DNA from: Thermoplasmatota archaeon
GTDB taxonomy: Archaea > Thermoplasmatota > Penumbrarchaeia > Penumbrarchaeales > EX4484-36
DNA: 64,000 bases
Assembly (NCBI GenBank): GCA_029932465.1
Contig: JAOZQA010000002.1
Coordinates: 18,992 to 82,991 of the forward strand
Direction: 5' to 3'
Positions within the stretch are counted from its first letter, which is position 1. Each line of letters begins with the position of its first letter. The translations under genes were made by a program, and so were the position numbers. Under the pieces are notes generated by a model. It did not search any database. It was not told the origin of the DNA and saw only the letters and a list, made by a program, of their open reading frames with translations. This document shows, one piece after another, positions 27,601-35,511 of this stretch.

Positions 27601-27989
27601 ACATCCTCCATCAGGTACTTCACAGCGGGGTAGGAGTTGAGCGTCTTCTCCTCGTCGGATGTTGTCTCCCGGGGGGGAGTGTAGAAGAGAACGGGCGAGG
27701 AGACGATTTTATTGTCCTCCCGGCTGTAGAAGGTAGTGTAGGGGACAGCGGCGATGTAGTAGTAGTCGTCAAGAGCCCCCTCGGGGTCGTAGTTCACAAG
27801 AGTGGCAGAGCTCACCGGGACCACTCTCAGAGTGGAGACACCCTCAAATCCCGGGCTGGAAAGTCTGTCGGACTCCCTGCTGGAGGCGGAGGTGGAAAGC
27901 AGCGGAGGGAGGATTATCAAAGCCGCAATCAGAGTCATCAAAAGAAGTCTTCTCGGTCTCCCGCTGAGGACCTGCTTCATAATCATCAC
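24642..27989 (-). CDS. Large exported, C-terminally anchored protein with a putative transglutaminase-like/papain-like Cys-His-Asp core
   Basis: 1115 aa; Sec signal ('RRLLLMTLIAALIILPPLL'); C-terminal TM 'LFITGVGLLTAEVI'; candidate triad context 'GFSAGSCLIANTYLHLSLVRHG' ... 'AHVGIEY' ... 'FYGDPD'. Confidence 0.45.
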   Translation of the reverse strand: MMIMKQVLSGRPRRLLLMTLIAALIILPPLLSTSASSRESDRLSSPGFEGVSTLRVVPVSSATLVNYDPEGALDDYYYIAAVPYTTFYSREDNKIVSSPVLFYTPPRETTSDEEKTLNSYPAVKYLMEDVLTVNGGSLKRINLLGFSTPPAQIGGEWKAEEVNTIEGEGPWEVSAALAKDGWKYSRVAVIAVIDPSPPQPDREISGELEGVTPSASPEKGSVEGSKMPSPVDPNEHPFTVGEGYKYIDAVMTWSQTQLGELLARGKDPDLQLYDMQLGEVAASEEWNVLTGASEHVASYVYHSGEWKFAVTYMPTESYEYQKALTDYFERNPRILERVNPEQPWSAEVNYRIDYTLYPGVEIDIPDEVPFYSRDATFEVSWDDPSARLGIILLDENGAEVTTAMDSTQSRRQVLEVKSLGMGRYRVAVVNLEGSSTEFKLSYSFRQVKDPREGDSFASATNGAVLASLLNAPLLYVPYGRLPGEVKDALNLLGVEKVYVVDLGGHAGEGLFKGIDRARGLLQKEIKVKRITSYVDIYREIISRAGTDGKPTGDVVFTTVDPWSYWYVAARRENPKGEFPGAYFVGPATLAAAHHGSPVFITDVHRRLSQAQAWHNNFWLKAYPSRLPPSVGCMVLEGKAIYSFLMQMGAEIGGIKGVKESIITVADQFDIGTSWDRALVGAAQAGRIMGSPVDAAAWISRSIFYPQIIFANPAVNPALDEHDGMRWQGSSSTRVGGVLRIVEKEREVQTRYAVQETWVSYQYKFNERGSEYWGCKYTTRTGIVPGETPSDDPIDPNGVWPDIDTSEMVPYYLEKIGYDHVQTTTFERTVENLNRGVIMWLEVMHGGHTESGVVGWWNPDANEERDPWRGYEENGIPVSGDLQRLRGATDDPDVATMNKHIGLDVQPGFGPVTDAGIIPETHDGVVIALLQQRQTEYSNRGLQIDEALDNIHSMGFSAGSCLIANTYLHLSLVRHGSVFQVIDPWLTSWYSSFAMETFVKDIYYNYTVGEAYERGIAHVGIEYLLDAWWWDIFENLVFYGDPDLKVFSPMHAWGQPEALRSPVNIGGHTPFGAESHPDRVKGSLLLDALFITGVGLLTAEVIRRLYLKRRIAAAGR

Positions 27990-28037
27990 CTGGAGGTAAC
28001 AGATTCCTAATATGCCAGGGCGTTTAAATTTATCGGT

Positions 28038-28466
28038 TCAGTCCTCACTTTTCACGCCCCTCAGGACCACCTTCTTCGCCCCCTTCTTCTTCGGCTTTTC
28101 AAGCCTTATGAGGTTGAGCTTCAGAAGAATCTCTATGAAGGAATCCACCACCTTGTCCGCCGGCTCCACCCGCTCCTTAAACCTCTCCCCCACAAGGTAG
28201 ATTATCTCCGCCAGAGAGTGTTCCCCATCGCATAGGATCCATATGGAGCTTCCCACCTCATCAAGGGGCCTCTTTATGGTGGTGGGCCCACCAAGGTACC
28301 TGTGCAGAAATCTCTCAAAGCGCGTGAAGTTCTTGGGGTACTCCAGAACGACCCTCTCCCCTCTGTAATACCACTTCACAGGCATCCTTACTGGATATAT
28401 CTGGTTGAGAAGAATACTTTTTTTCAGTTTGAGCGCAATGCTCCCAGTCGACGGCTCCTTGTCCAA
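28038..28466 (-). CDS. PqqD-family (RiPP recognition element-like) protein
   Basis: 142 aa; 'SSIWILCDGEHSLAEIIYLVGERFKERVEPADKVVDSFIEILLKLNLIRL' matches the PqqD winged-helix pattern (iW.l.DG..t..eI...l...y.v....a..dv..fl..L...gli). Confidence 0.5.
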   Translation of the reverse strand: MDKEPSTGSIALKLKKSILLNQIYPVRMPVKWYYRGERVVLEYPKNFTRFERFLHRYLGGPTTIKRPLDEVGSSIWILCDGEHSLAEIIYLVGERFKERVEPADKVVDSFIEILLKLNLIRLEKPKKKGAKKVVLRGVKSED

Positions 28467-28477
28467 CCTTCACCCTC

Positions 28478-28657
28478 CTACTCGGGTATGTAGTCCCAGA
28501 CCAGATATATGAAGAGCATCACCGAGACAGCGCCCATGGCTGCGAAGAGTGTTGTGAGTTTTCTGTTCCGCAGGGAGTATTTAGCAACGTACGTCAAGGG
28601 CACCGCCGCCACAGCGATCACGATAGATATTACCGCCAGCGTCTCCCTGAGGGTCAT
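28478..28657 (-). CDS. Small two-helix membrane protein (59 aa), not in ORF track
   Basis: ATG with GGAGG RBS 5-9 nt upstream; translation MTLRETLAVISIVIAVAAVPLTYVAKYSLRNRKLTTLFAAMGAVSVMLFIYLVWDYIPE; stop lies 12 nt before the PqqD-like start. Confidence 0.4.
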   Translation of the reverse strand: MTLRETLAVISIVIAVAAVPLTYVAKYSLRNRKLTTLFAAMGAVSVMLFIYLVWDYIPE

Positions 28658-28682
28658 TCCTCCCCACCTACCCTATCCCCCT

Positions 28683-28690
28683 ATATAAAC
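28683..28690 (+). promoter_or_regulatory. TATA box (TATATAAA) upstream of the gfcR-like/lysK unit
   Basis: In the divergent intergenic region 28658-28757. Confidence 0.35.
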
Positions 28691-28757
28691 TTTTTTCTTG
28701 TGTGTGGCAATTCTCAAGGAGGCCCTGCGCAAAGTAGATATTCCTTGACACTTTTTA

Positions 28758-29375
28758 GTGAGCGGTGGTAGTATGGACGGAGGCATAGAGCACCTGGTTG
28801 AGAAAGCGCTTTCCCTCCGGGAGAAGGGGCTGACCCGAAAGGAGATCGCCCTTGAACTTCATCTCTCCGAGGAGACCGTCTCTTGGCTTCTCGCCCGGGG
28901 TGTGAAGGCTGAGAAGCCCCCAGCCGACATATACATCGGCTGGAGGTCCATCGGGATATATCCAGACAGGCTGAATCGCATAGCAATCATAATAGCAGAC
29001 ATCATAGATGAGGAGATGCAGAAAAAAGATGATTACGTTGAAACTGTGGTGGGCATAGCCTTGAACGGAATCCCTCTGGCCACCCTTGTAGCTCTCCAGC
29101 TAAACCTTGAGTTCACCATCTTCAGGCCCACCTATCAGGAGGGGGAAGGTATTGTGAAAGGGGCCTTCGCCTCCAATTACGCAGGGGTTGAGGGGAAAAG
29201 GGTTGTCATTGTTGACGACGTGCTCTCAAGCGGGACCACCATGGCTAAGACGATAGAAGCCGTTAGGGAGCATGGAGGAACCCCTGTCCTGGCATGCGTA
29301 GTGGTTAACAAGACCAGACGGGACGAGATAGACGGTGTCCCCTTAAGGGGCCTTATACGCACGAACGTAGTCTGA
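28758..29375 (+). CDS. Orotate phosphoribosyltransferase-like regulator (GfcR/PyrE-like, HTH plus PRTase domain)
   Basis: N-terminal HTH ('LTRKEIALELHLSEETVSWLLARG'); PRTase PRPP motif 'VVIVDDVLSSGTTM'. Confidence 0.65.
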   Translation: MSGGSMDGGIEHLVEKALSLREKGLTRKEIALELHLSEETVSWLLARGVKAEKPPADIYIGWRSIGIYPDRLNRIAIIIADIIDEEMQKKDDYVETVVGIALNGIPLATLVALQLNLEFTIFRPTYQEGEGIVKGAFASNYAGVEGKRVVIVDDVLSSGTTMAKTIEAVREHGGTPVLACVVVNKTRRDEIDGVPLRGLIRTNVV

Positions 29376-29387
29376 GACAGGGAAGGA

Positions 29388-30977
29388 GTGCGGGGAATGC
29401 ACTGGGCCGACGTGATAGCGGAGGATATGGCAAAGAGGGGTGAGAAGCACATTATTGCAACTGGGATCACCCCCTCCGGTCCCATACACATCGGTAACAT
29501 GAGAGAGATTCTGACGGGGGATCTCGTCGCCCGGGCAGCCAGGGAGAGGGGGCTTGACGCCACGCTCATATACATAGGGGACACCTTCGACCCCCTGCGG
29601 AGGGTCTACCCCTTCCTCCCCCCGGAGTATAGTCAATACGTTGGCATGCCGCTTTCGGAGATCCCCTGCCCCTGCTCTTCACACTCAAGCTATGCTGAGC
29701 ACTTCCTTGAGCCATTCCTCAAGAGCCTTCAGACCCTGGGAATAGATGCGGAAGTCCTGTTAAGCCACGAGATGTACCGAAAGAAGATGTACAGTGAGGC
29801 TGCGAGAAGAGTCATAGAAAACAGAGAGAGGATACGGGAGATATTGACCGAGGTCTCCGGGAGGGAGCTTCCCCCTGACTGGTTCCCCTACATCCCCAGG
29901 TGCTCCGCCTGCGGGAGGCTGAACACCACCACCGCCACCGGGTATTCCCACCCCTTCGTAAGCTACAGATGCAAGTGCGGTCATGAAGGTAAGGCGGACA
30001 TAAGGACTGACGGGGGAAAGCTGCCATGGAGAGTGGACTGGCCCTCAAGGTGGTGGTTCCTTAATGTCACCGTGGAACCCTTCGGTAAGGACCACGCCGC
30101 CGCTGGGGGGTCCTATGACACCGCCAGCAGGATAGTCAGGGAGGTCTTCGGGAGAGAGCCTCCCTATCCCGTGGTCTACGAGTGGATCCAGCTGAAAGGC
30201 AAAGGGGCCATGTCCTCCTCCAAAGGGATTGCCATCTCGGCGGTGGAAATGCTCAAGATGACCCCCCCGGAGGTTTTAAGGTACCTTGTTGCCCGCACCA
30301 AACCCTTTCGCCATATAGATTTCGACCCGGAGATGGGGATTTTGAACCTTGTTGACGACTACGAGAGGGCGGAGAGGATATATTTCGGACTGGAGAGCGG
30401 CGAGGAGTTAGAGGATATAAAGAGGGCCTATGAGCTCTCGCTGGTCGACCCTTCCAGAAGGCCCGAGCGCCCCCTAGCGGTCCCTTACCGCCACCTTGTC
30501 ACCCTCGTCCAGATCAAACCGAGCTTTGAAGAGATATTGAAGACAGTAAAGAGGACAGAGCTCTCCGGAGGAAATCTCACGGAAGAGGATACGGAGAGGA
30601 TTCGTCAGAGAGCGGAGGCCGCAAGGTACTGGCTTGACAGATACGCCCCCGAGAGCCTCAAAATAACCCTCTACGAAGAGCCCCCTGAGAGGGCTGTGAA
30701 AGAACTGGATGAAGAGGCTGTGGAGGCCCTTGAGGTCATGAGAGAGGCCCTCCTTCGCATTCCCTGGGATGCTGAGGAGATCCACAACACCGTCTACGAG
30801 GCGAGTAGGGCCCACGGCATAGACCCGAGGAAGACCTTCCAGGCCTTCTACCTAATCTTTCTCGGTAGCCGCCGAGGACCCAGGCTGGGATATTTCCTCT
30901 CCACAATGAGGAGAGCGGAGGTATTAAGGCGCATTGAGAGGGCCTTAGAGATGGTGAGGTCCCATGGGAAGGGTTGA
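29388..30977 (+). CDS. lysK: Lysyl-tRNA synthetase, class I (archaeal type)
   Basis: 529 aa; 'PSGPIHIGNMRE' (HIGH-type motif) and 'KGAMSSSKG' (KMSKS-type). Confidence 0.9.
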   Translation: MRGMHWADVIAEDMAKRGEKHIIATGITPSGPIHIGNMREILTGDLVARAARERGLDATLIYIGDTFDPLRRVYPFLPPEYSQYVGMPLSEIPCPCSSHSSYAEHFLEPFLKSLQTLGIDAEVLLSHEMYRKKMYSEAARRVIENRERIREILTEVSGRELPPDWFPYIPRCSACGRLNTTTATGYSHPFVSYRCKCGHEGKADIRTDGGKLPWRVDWPSRWWFLNVTVEPFGKDHAAAGGSYDTASRIVREVFGREPPYPVVYEWIQLKGKGAMSSSKGIAISAVEMLKMTPPEVLRYLVARTKPFRHIDFDPEMGILNLVDDYERAERIYFGLESGEELEDIKRAYELSLVDPSRRPERPLAVPYRHLVTLVQIKPSFEEILKTVKRTELSGGNLTEEDTERIRQRAEAARYWLDRYAPESLKITLYEEPPERAVKELDEEAVEALEVMREALLRIPWDAEEIHNTVYEASRAHGIDPRKTFQAFYLIFLGSRRGPRLGYFLSTMRRAEVLRRIERALEMVRSHGKG

Positions 30978-31245
30978 GGTGGAGGTTAAACCGTCGGGAA
31001 AGAGGAGCGCTATGACCGGCTACGATCCATGGAGGGGAGCCTTCAGGGTTGAAGTGAGGGCCCCTCCGGTCAAGGGCAGGGCCAATTCGGAGGTTGAAGA
31101 GATTCTAGCTGAACTTCTCTTAGTCAGGAGAGCCTCGGTGAGGGTGGTGGGAGGCGCAACCTCACGGCATAAGGTGGTGGAAGTGGAGGGGCTCTCGGAT
31201 GAGGAGATTTCCTCCAGATTGAAAAGGGCTTGCGGGGAGTACTGA
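30964..31245 (+). CDS. DUF167/UPF0235 (YggU-like) protein
   Basis: 93 aa; 'FRVEVRAPPVKGRANSEVEEILAELL...VRVVGGATSRHKVVEV' fits the DUF167 pattern. Confidence 0.55.
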   Translation: MGRVEVEVKPSGKRSAMTGYDPWRGAFRVEVRAPPVKGRANSEVEEILAELLLVRRASVRVVGGATSRHKVVEVEGLSDEEISSRLKRACGEY

Positions 31246-31246
31246 G

Positions 31247-33511
31247 TCATCTTGTAGGGTATCTTCCAATCTCCTTCTCTATCTCCTCCCCCGTGAAGTA
31301 CCTTATAAGGAGCTTCATTACGTCCTTCAGCCTGATCATGGTGTATACCGGCCCCTTACGAATCAGCCTGTGGGTTTCATCCCAGCTTCTGCACTGAAGC
31401 ACCCGGGAGATGAGAAGGATCTCATCGCTTCTCTCCAAGGCGGGCCTTCTTTTCGTGGAGAAGTAAGCCTTTACGTAGGGGAGGACCACGTCCCTTGAGA
31501 CCACATAGGTCATGGTCCCCCAGGCATAGGCCACGGCCCTCTTCAGGTCCTCCTCTGTCATTTTAAGTGAGAAGTCCACCGAAGGGGGGTTTATAAGGAG
31601 CCTCACAACCTCCGGCTCCACGTCCCTCAAGGGGTCGGGCAGAGCCTCTAGGGTCCTTCTTATGAAGGACTCTTTTAGGTCGTTCAACCTCCTCTTCAGG
31701 TCCTCTGAGAGGGGTTTTATCATGATCACAGAGTGCTCGCCACTCACAGGATTTGGGGAGGGGGATACGTGCACGGGGGTGTAGCCGTTCTTGAGCCAGA
31801 AGTTGAGGAGCTCCTCTGTAGCCCCGTATGAGGTTCCCAGGTAGTCGAAGCCCCCTCTCTGCGCCCACTCCTCCATCCTCTTCAAGGCCTCCGAACCCAA
31901 CCCCCTCCCCTGCAGATGTGGATGGGTTGCGATCCTCACGATCCTCAAACCTTTCAACCCCCCCAGTGACTCGTCCCTGTAATATTTAATCAGGCAGTCA
32001 GGGATGAGGTTCCCCGGGGGAATCCAGCCACTATATATCTTTTCCACAACCTGTCGGGATAGAGAGCCTTCCTCAGCAAGCTGAAGGGCAACAAGTGGCG
32101 TCCCTTTAAGGCTCAAGGAGGCCATCCACTGGTTGGGGCCGTCAAGGAGAAGTGCGAGGTCGTTGGGTGTATTCTTATAGTGCGCAAGGACGAAGATACC
32201 GAAGTAGGAACGAAAGAACTCCTCGTTCCTCTCCAGTACCTCTCCCGCCACCTCTACATTGAATCTTAGCCTCCTTCTATCTATCTTCTCGGGCATCTCT
32301 CCAGGCTCGGCGGAGAGCATGAGAGCTCTGAAGAGCCACCTCTCAACAGGGTCATCGGGGGAGTATCGAATGGGCTCCTCCATCTTCACCTTCCTCAAAT
32401 CAAATCTCTCCTGGGTGAGGCCCTGGATGAATCTCACACTGAAGCTCCTCCCCGAGCCCTCATAACCGTGGATCGTGGTGGAGAAAACGGGGGAGCGCGC
32501 CCGCCTGGCCATCTTGAGAAGAAGGCGGTAAGGGATGGCCGCCGCCTCGTCCACGAAGAGGACGTCCCATCTACCCTCCGATGCGGCGGGGGGTGGGAGG
32601 TATTGAAGGGTCCAACCCTCCCCTTCAAAAAAATTCCCTCTCCCCTCCCTGTATTTTACTCCCCTCAAATTAAGCCCCCGTCGGAAGAATCTGAATACCT
32701 CCTCTGCCATCTCTCTCTCGGCAGAGGTTATAGCCATCTTGAGCGGCGCCCTCTCCCCAGGGATGGCTGCAGCGGCGAGCCCCAGGGCCGCCGATTTCCC
32801 CCTTCCCCTATCCGCCACCAGGATGAGAGCGCCTCTCTCTGGCCTCTCTTGAAGGAAAAAGATTATCTCCTCCACAGCCCTAAGCTGGTCACGAGTGAGG
32901 GCAAGAGACTTTATGTTCTTGAGGGAATCACCGTCAGGGACCACCTCGGGCTCCCGTACCCACTCCTCTGCATCGGTGAGACCATCCTTCACTACGTTTC
33001 CATCCTCCACCACGGCCACGCCATCGGCCTCAAGGAGAGTCCTTTTGAGCCAGAAGGCAAAATAATGTCTCACATCCCCGGGAGTGAAAGGAGGGGGCAG
33101 AGTGTTTCTGTGAAAGACGTTGACCTGACTTAAGAAGTCGTGCGGCAGCAGGAGAAGGACAAGCCCCCCGCCTTTGATAAGCCCCACTGCCCTCCCCAGA
33201 TCGTTGGGGACCAGGTTCTCTGTAAGATCCATAATGAGGTTCTCGTACGTCCTCCCCAGGAGCTTTTCGCTCTCATTATGGGCTAGAAGAGAGAAGCCCT
33301 CCGGAAGCTTCACCCCGGGGAGCTCACCGCTAGCTGTCAAGATGAGGGCTCCCTCGCCTCTTGACCTGAGAAAATCTACAGAAAGCTGAAGTGTGTCCTG
33401 GCCTCCCCCGAAGAAGGCGAGAAGTCTTCTCTGAAAGGCTCTTTCCGCCTCCTCCTTCAGGCGCTCAAGTAGACTTGCGATCTCTCCGTGCTCCATCCCG
33501 CCATGTATCAT
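31247..33511 (-). CDS. tmcA: tRNA(Met) cytidine acetyltransferase TmcA (NAT10/Kre33 homologue)
   Basis: 754 aa; helicase-like domain with Walker A 'ADRGRGKSAALG'; GNAT motif 'HPHLQGRGLGSEAL'. Confidence 0.8.
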   Translation of the reverse strand: MIHGGMEHGEIASLLERLKEEAERAFQRRLLAFFGGGQDTLQLSVDFLRSRGEGALILTASGELPGVKLPEGFSLLAHNESEKLLGRTYENLIMDLTENLVPNDLGRAVGLIKGGGLVLLLLPHDFLSQVNVFHRNTLPPPFTPGDVRHYFAFWLKRTLLEADGVAVVEDGNVVKDGLTDAEEWVREPEVVPDGDSLKNIKSLALTRDQLRAVEEIIFFLQERPERGALILVADRGRGKSAALGLAAAAIPGERAPLKMAITSAEREMAEEVFRFFRRGLNLRGVKYREGRGNFFEGEGWTLQYLPPPAASEGRWDVLFVDEAAAIPYRLLLKMARRARSPVFSTTIHGYEGSGRSFSVRFIQGLTQERFDLRKVKMEEPIRYSPDDPVERWLFRALMLSAEPGEMPEKIDRRRLRFNVEVAGEVLERNEEFFRSYFGIFVLAHYKNTPNDLALLLDGPNQWMASLSLKGTPLVALQLAEEGSLSRQVVEKIYSGWIPPGNLIPDCLIKYYRDESLGGLKGLRIVRIATHPHLQGRGLGSEALKRMEEWAQRGGFDYLGTSYGATEELLNFWLKNGYTPVHVSPSPNPVSGEHSVIMIKPLSEDLKRRLNDLKESFIRRTLEALPDPLRDVEPEVVRLLINPPSVDFSLKMTEEDLKRAVAYAWGTMTYVVSRDVVLPYVKAYFSTKRRPALERSDEILLISRVLQCRSWDETHRLIRKGPVYTMIRLKDVMKLLIRYFTGEEIEKEIGRYPTR

Positions 33512-33600
33512 TCTTTGAATATTTTAGTATTGCCCCCAATGCTTTCTGGATATACTCCTTTTTATTCACAGATTTTCTATTACCCTGTTTGAACCGATGC

Positions 33601-34089
33601 TCAGAACGTAAACAATCTCTCTCGGTAATCTACCACAACGTATTTTTTGCCCCTCCTCTCCACCTTGTGCCCCTCCTTCTCAAGGAGCTCCCTCTGGAGC
33701 TCCACACCCCCTGGGTACTTCTCGTTTATAACACCTCCAGCCTTCAGGGTCCTCCAATAAGGGTTTCTGATCTCACCATCCTCCCCCGCCGCTTCCACTG
33801 TGGCCTCCGCTGCGATCCTCGCAAAGATCCCCGTAGTTATGGGGCAGGCGGCGGTTGTTCCATGGCGCCTAGCAAGGGCATCCCTTATCTCATTTATGGT
33901 CACCACCAGCCCCGGGGGAACCATTCTCATGAGCTCATCCACCTCCCGGGGAGCGGGGATTACCAGAGTGTCCCCCGGTTTAAGCCCCCATCGAGGACCG
34001 AACCTCCCCCCCTCCTCCACAGTAACAATCTTGGGAAGGTCCTTGTCGTCCTCTAGCTTCTCCTGCCAGCTCTTCTTCCTGCCCGCCAT
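33601..34089 (-). CDS. MGMT-fold DNA-binding-domain protein lacking the catalytic cysteine (alkyltransferase-like, ATL)
   Basis: ~163 aa from 'MAGRKK'; C-terminal region aligns to the Ogt/MGMT DNA-binding domain ('TINEIRDALARRHG..', 'KYPGGVELQRELLEKEG'), but the 'PCHRV' site reads 'PYWRT'. Confidence 0.45.
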   Translation of the reverse strand: MAGRKKSWQEKLEDDKDLPKIVTVEEGGRFGPRWGLKPGDTLVIPAPREVDELMRMVPPGLVVTINEIRDALARRHGTTAACPITTGIFARIAAEATVEAAGEDGEIRNPYWRTLKAGGVINEKYPGGVELQRELLEKEGHKVERRGKKYVVVDYRERLFTF

Positions 34090-34118
34090 AAAAGCACCGT
34101 AAGGAGAGGGAAGGGGAG

Positions 34119-35024
34119 CTAAAAAAGCCTTTCCCTCAAAGGGTGAAGGGCACAACAGCCCATCACCTCCCGGACGTCATATCCTCTCTCACGAAGCGTC
34201 CTTTTCAGGCCCGGGCTCGGGGTGGCCACCCCCCGGCAGCCTGCTTCCACCGCCTTGAGCTCAAGCTCCCGGTACTGCCGTGGCCTCATGCATCCCAAGA
34301 GAAGTGAGGTCCCCGGGAGGGTCTCCGCAGCGTACCTTATAATCCCCAGTATGTTCTCCTCAGGGGGAGGGGAGCAGCCAGCGTAAGGGGTGGACGGGGT
34401 AGGAATGAACCCAAGGAAGACAAGCGCCTGGGGGGGAGCCTCTTTCAGCATCTCCACCGCCTCCCTCTCCCCTGAGGGACGGGAACACATAAGCCCCACG
34501 GTGATATGTGGTACCACCTCCACCCCCAGCTCCTTCCACATCATATAGGAGAAGAGAAAGTCCCGGGGTGTGCGGTGGAGGTGGAAAACCTCCTTTATAG
34601 CCTCCTCAGAGCCCACGATGTCTAAGGAGACGACGTCAACACCTGCGGAGTAGAATCCCTCGGCAAGGCTCTCCCTCATCAGCCCAGGGTGGAGGTTCAC
34701 AAGAAGGGAGGTGTTATCTTTAATCCACTTAACCGCCCGTACGTGATCCTCTTTAAACATCACCTCTCCAGAAGGAGAGGACCCACCTGAGAGAAGGATT
34801 CCCAGCCCGCCCGCCCTCTCTATCTCTAAAGCCACCCTCTTGAGCTTATCCCCCGTCAGTGCTGGCCGCATTCCCTTCAGGTACCGTCCAGCGCAATGGC
34901 TGCACTTGAGGTGGCACACCTCACCCGTGACGGAGATCTGTGGGAAACGAGGAGTGGGGCGATAGAGGTGGACTTCTCCCACGGGTTTCACCGCCTCATC
35001 TTCATGTACTCTTCCTTCACCCAC
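34119..35024 (-). CDS. Radical SAM domain protein (function unknown)
   Basis: 301 aa; 'CHLKCSHCAG' CxxxCxxC; TIM-barrel-like G-rich 'GILLSGGSSPSGE'. Confidence 0.55.
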   Translation of the reverse strand: MGEGRVHEDEAVKPVGEVHLYRPTPRFPQISVTGEVCHLKCSHCAGRYLKGMRPALTGDKLKRVALEIERAGGLGILLSGGSSPSGEVMFKEDHVRAVKWIKDNTSLLVNLHPGLMRESLAEGFYSAGVDVVSLDIVGSEEAIKEVFHLHRTPRDFLFSYMMWKELGVEVVPHITVGLMCSRPSGEREAVEMLKEAPPQALVFLGFIPTPSTPYAGCSPPPEENILGIIRYAAETLPGTSLLLGCMRPRQYRELELKAVEAGCRGVATPSPGLKRTLRERGYDVREVMGCCALHPLRERLF

Positions 35025-35509
35025 TCGGGTATTTCCCGGGGTCTGAAGTCCTTATCAATGGAGGCGTAGGTGATCTCTCCCCTGACCACTGGGTCGGCTC
35101 CTCTGAAAAAGCAAAACTGAAAAGTGACCCTTCTCCCCTTAAGCTCCGGAGGGCGAACACCAAGCTCAACAACCTCCTCATACCTCACCGGGGAGAGGTA
35201 CTCTATCCTGACCTCCTTCACCGCAAAGTATACCTCCCTCCTCTGAAGCTCCGAGAAGGGGAGGGAGTGTCCTCTCATGTACTCCGCTACAGCCTCCTCT
35301 ATCCAGCGGGTGTAGGAGCCGTAGTAGACAACACCTGCGAAATCTGTATCGTAGACCCTGACCCTTCTCGCAGCGGTTATCAGGTAGCCGTCCTTCTCCT
35401 GCGTTCTACCACCCAAGGGCTTATTGCAAGGGCTTTTAATTATCTTTCTCCGAAAGGGGAAAGTATCCTCTGGCGAAAAGGAAAAAAGGGGTGGAGGGTT
35501 ACCGCTCAT
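34988..35509 (-). CDS. Hotdog-fold acyl-CoA thioesterase (4HBT/YbgC-like)
   Basis: 'VRVYDTDFAGVVYYGSYTRWIEEA' is a typical 4HBT N-terminal motif; the 40-aa low-complexity N-terminal extension may be spurious. Confidence 0.5.
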   Translation of the reverse strand: MSGNPPPLFSFSPEDTFPFRRKIIKSPCNKPLGGRTQEKDGYLITAARRVRVYDTDFAGVVYYGSYTRWIEEAVAEYMRGHSLPFSELQRREVYFAVKEVRIEYLSPVRYEEVVELGVRPPELKGRRVTFQFCFFRGADPVVRGEITYASIDKDFRPREIPEWVKEEYMKMRR

Positions 35510-35511
35510 GC

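Noticed and set aside
24642-28466. Interpretation of the PqqD-like protein plus Cys-protease-like protein as a lasso-peptide B1/B2 pair
   Set aside because: No asparagine-synthetase-like cyclase and no short soluble precursor are present. The protease-like protein is Sec-exported and 1115 aa, incompatible with a cytoplasmic lasso maturation enzyme. It is kept only as an analogy.
34988-35509. Treating the full 173-aa thioesterase ORF as certain
   Set aside because: The first ~40 residues are low-complexity and the ORF overlaps the divergent phosphoesterase ORF. The hotdog domain starts near 'VRVYDTD'. The true start is probably an internal or alternative codon, so the coordinates are kept but flagged.
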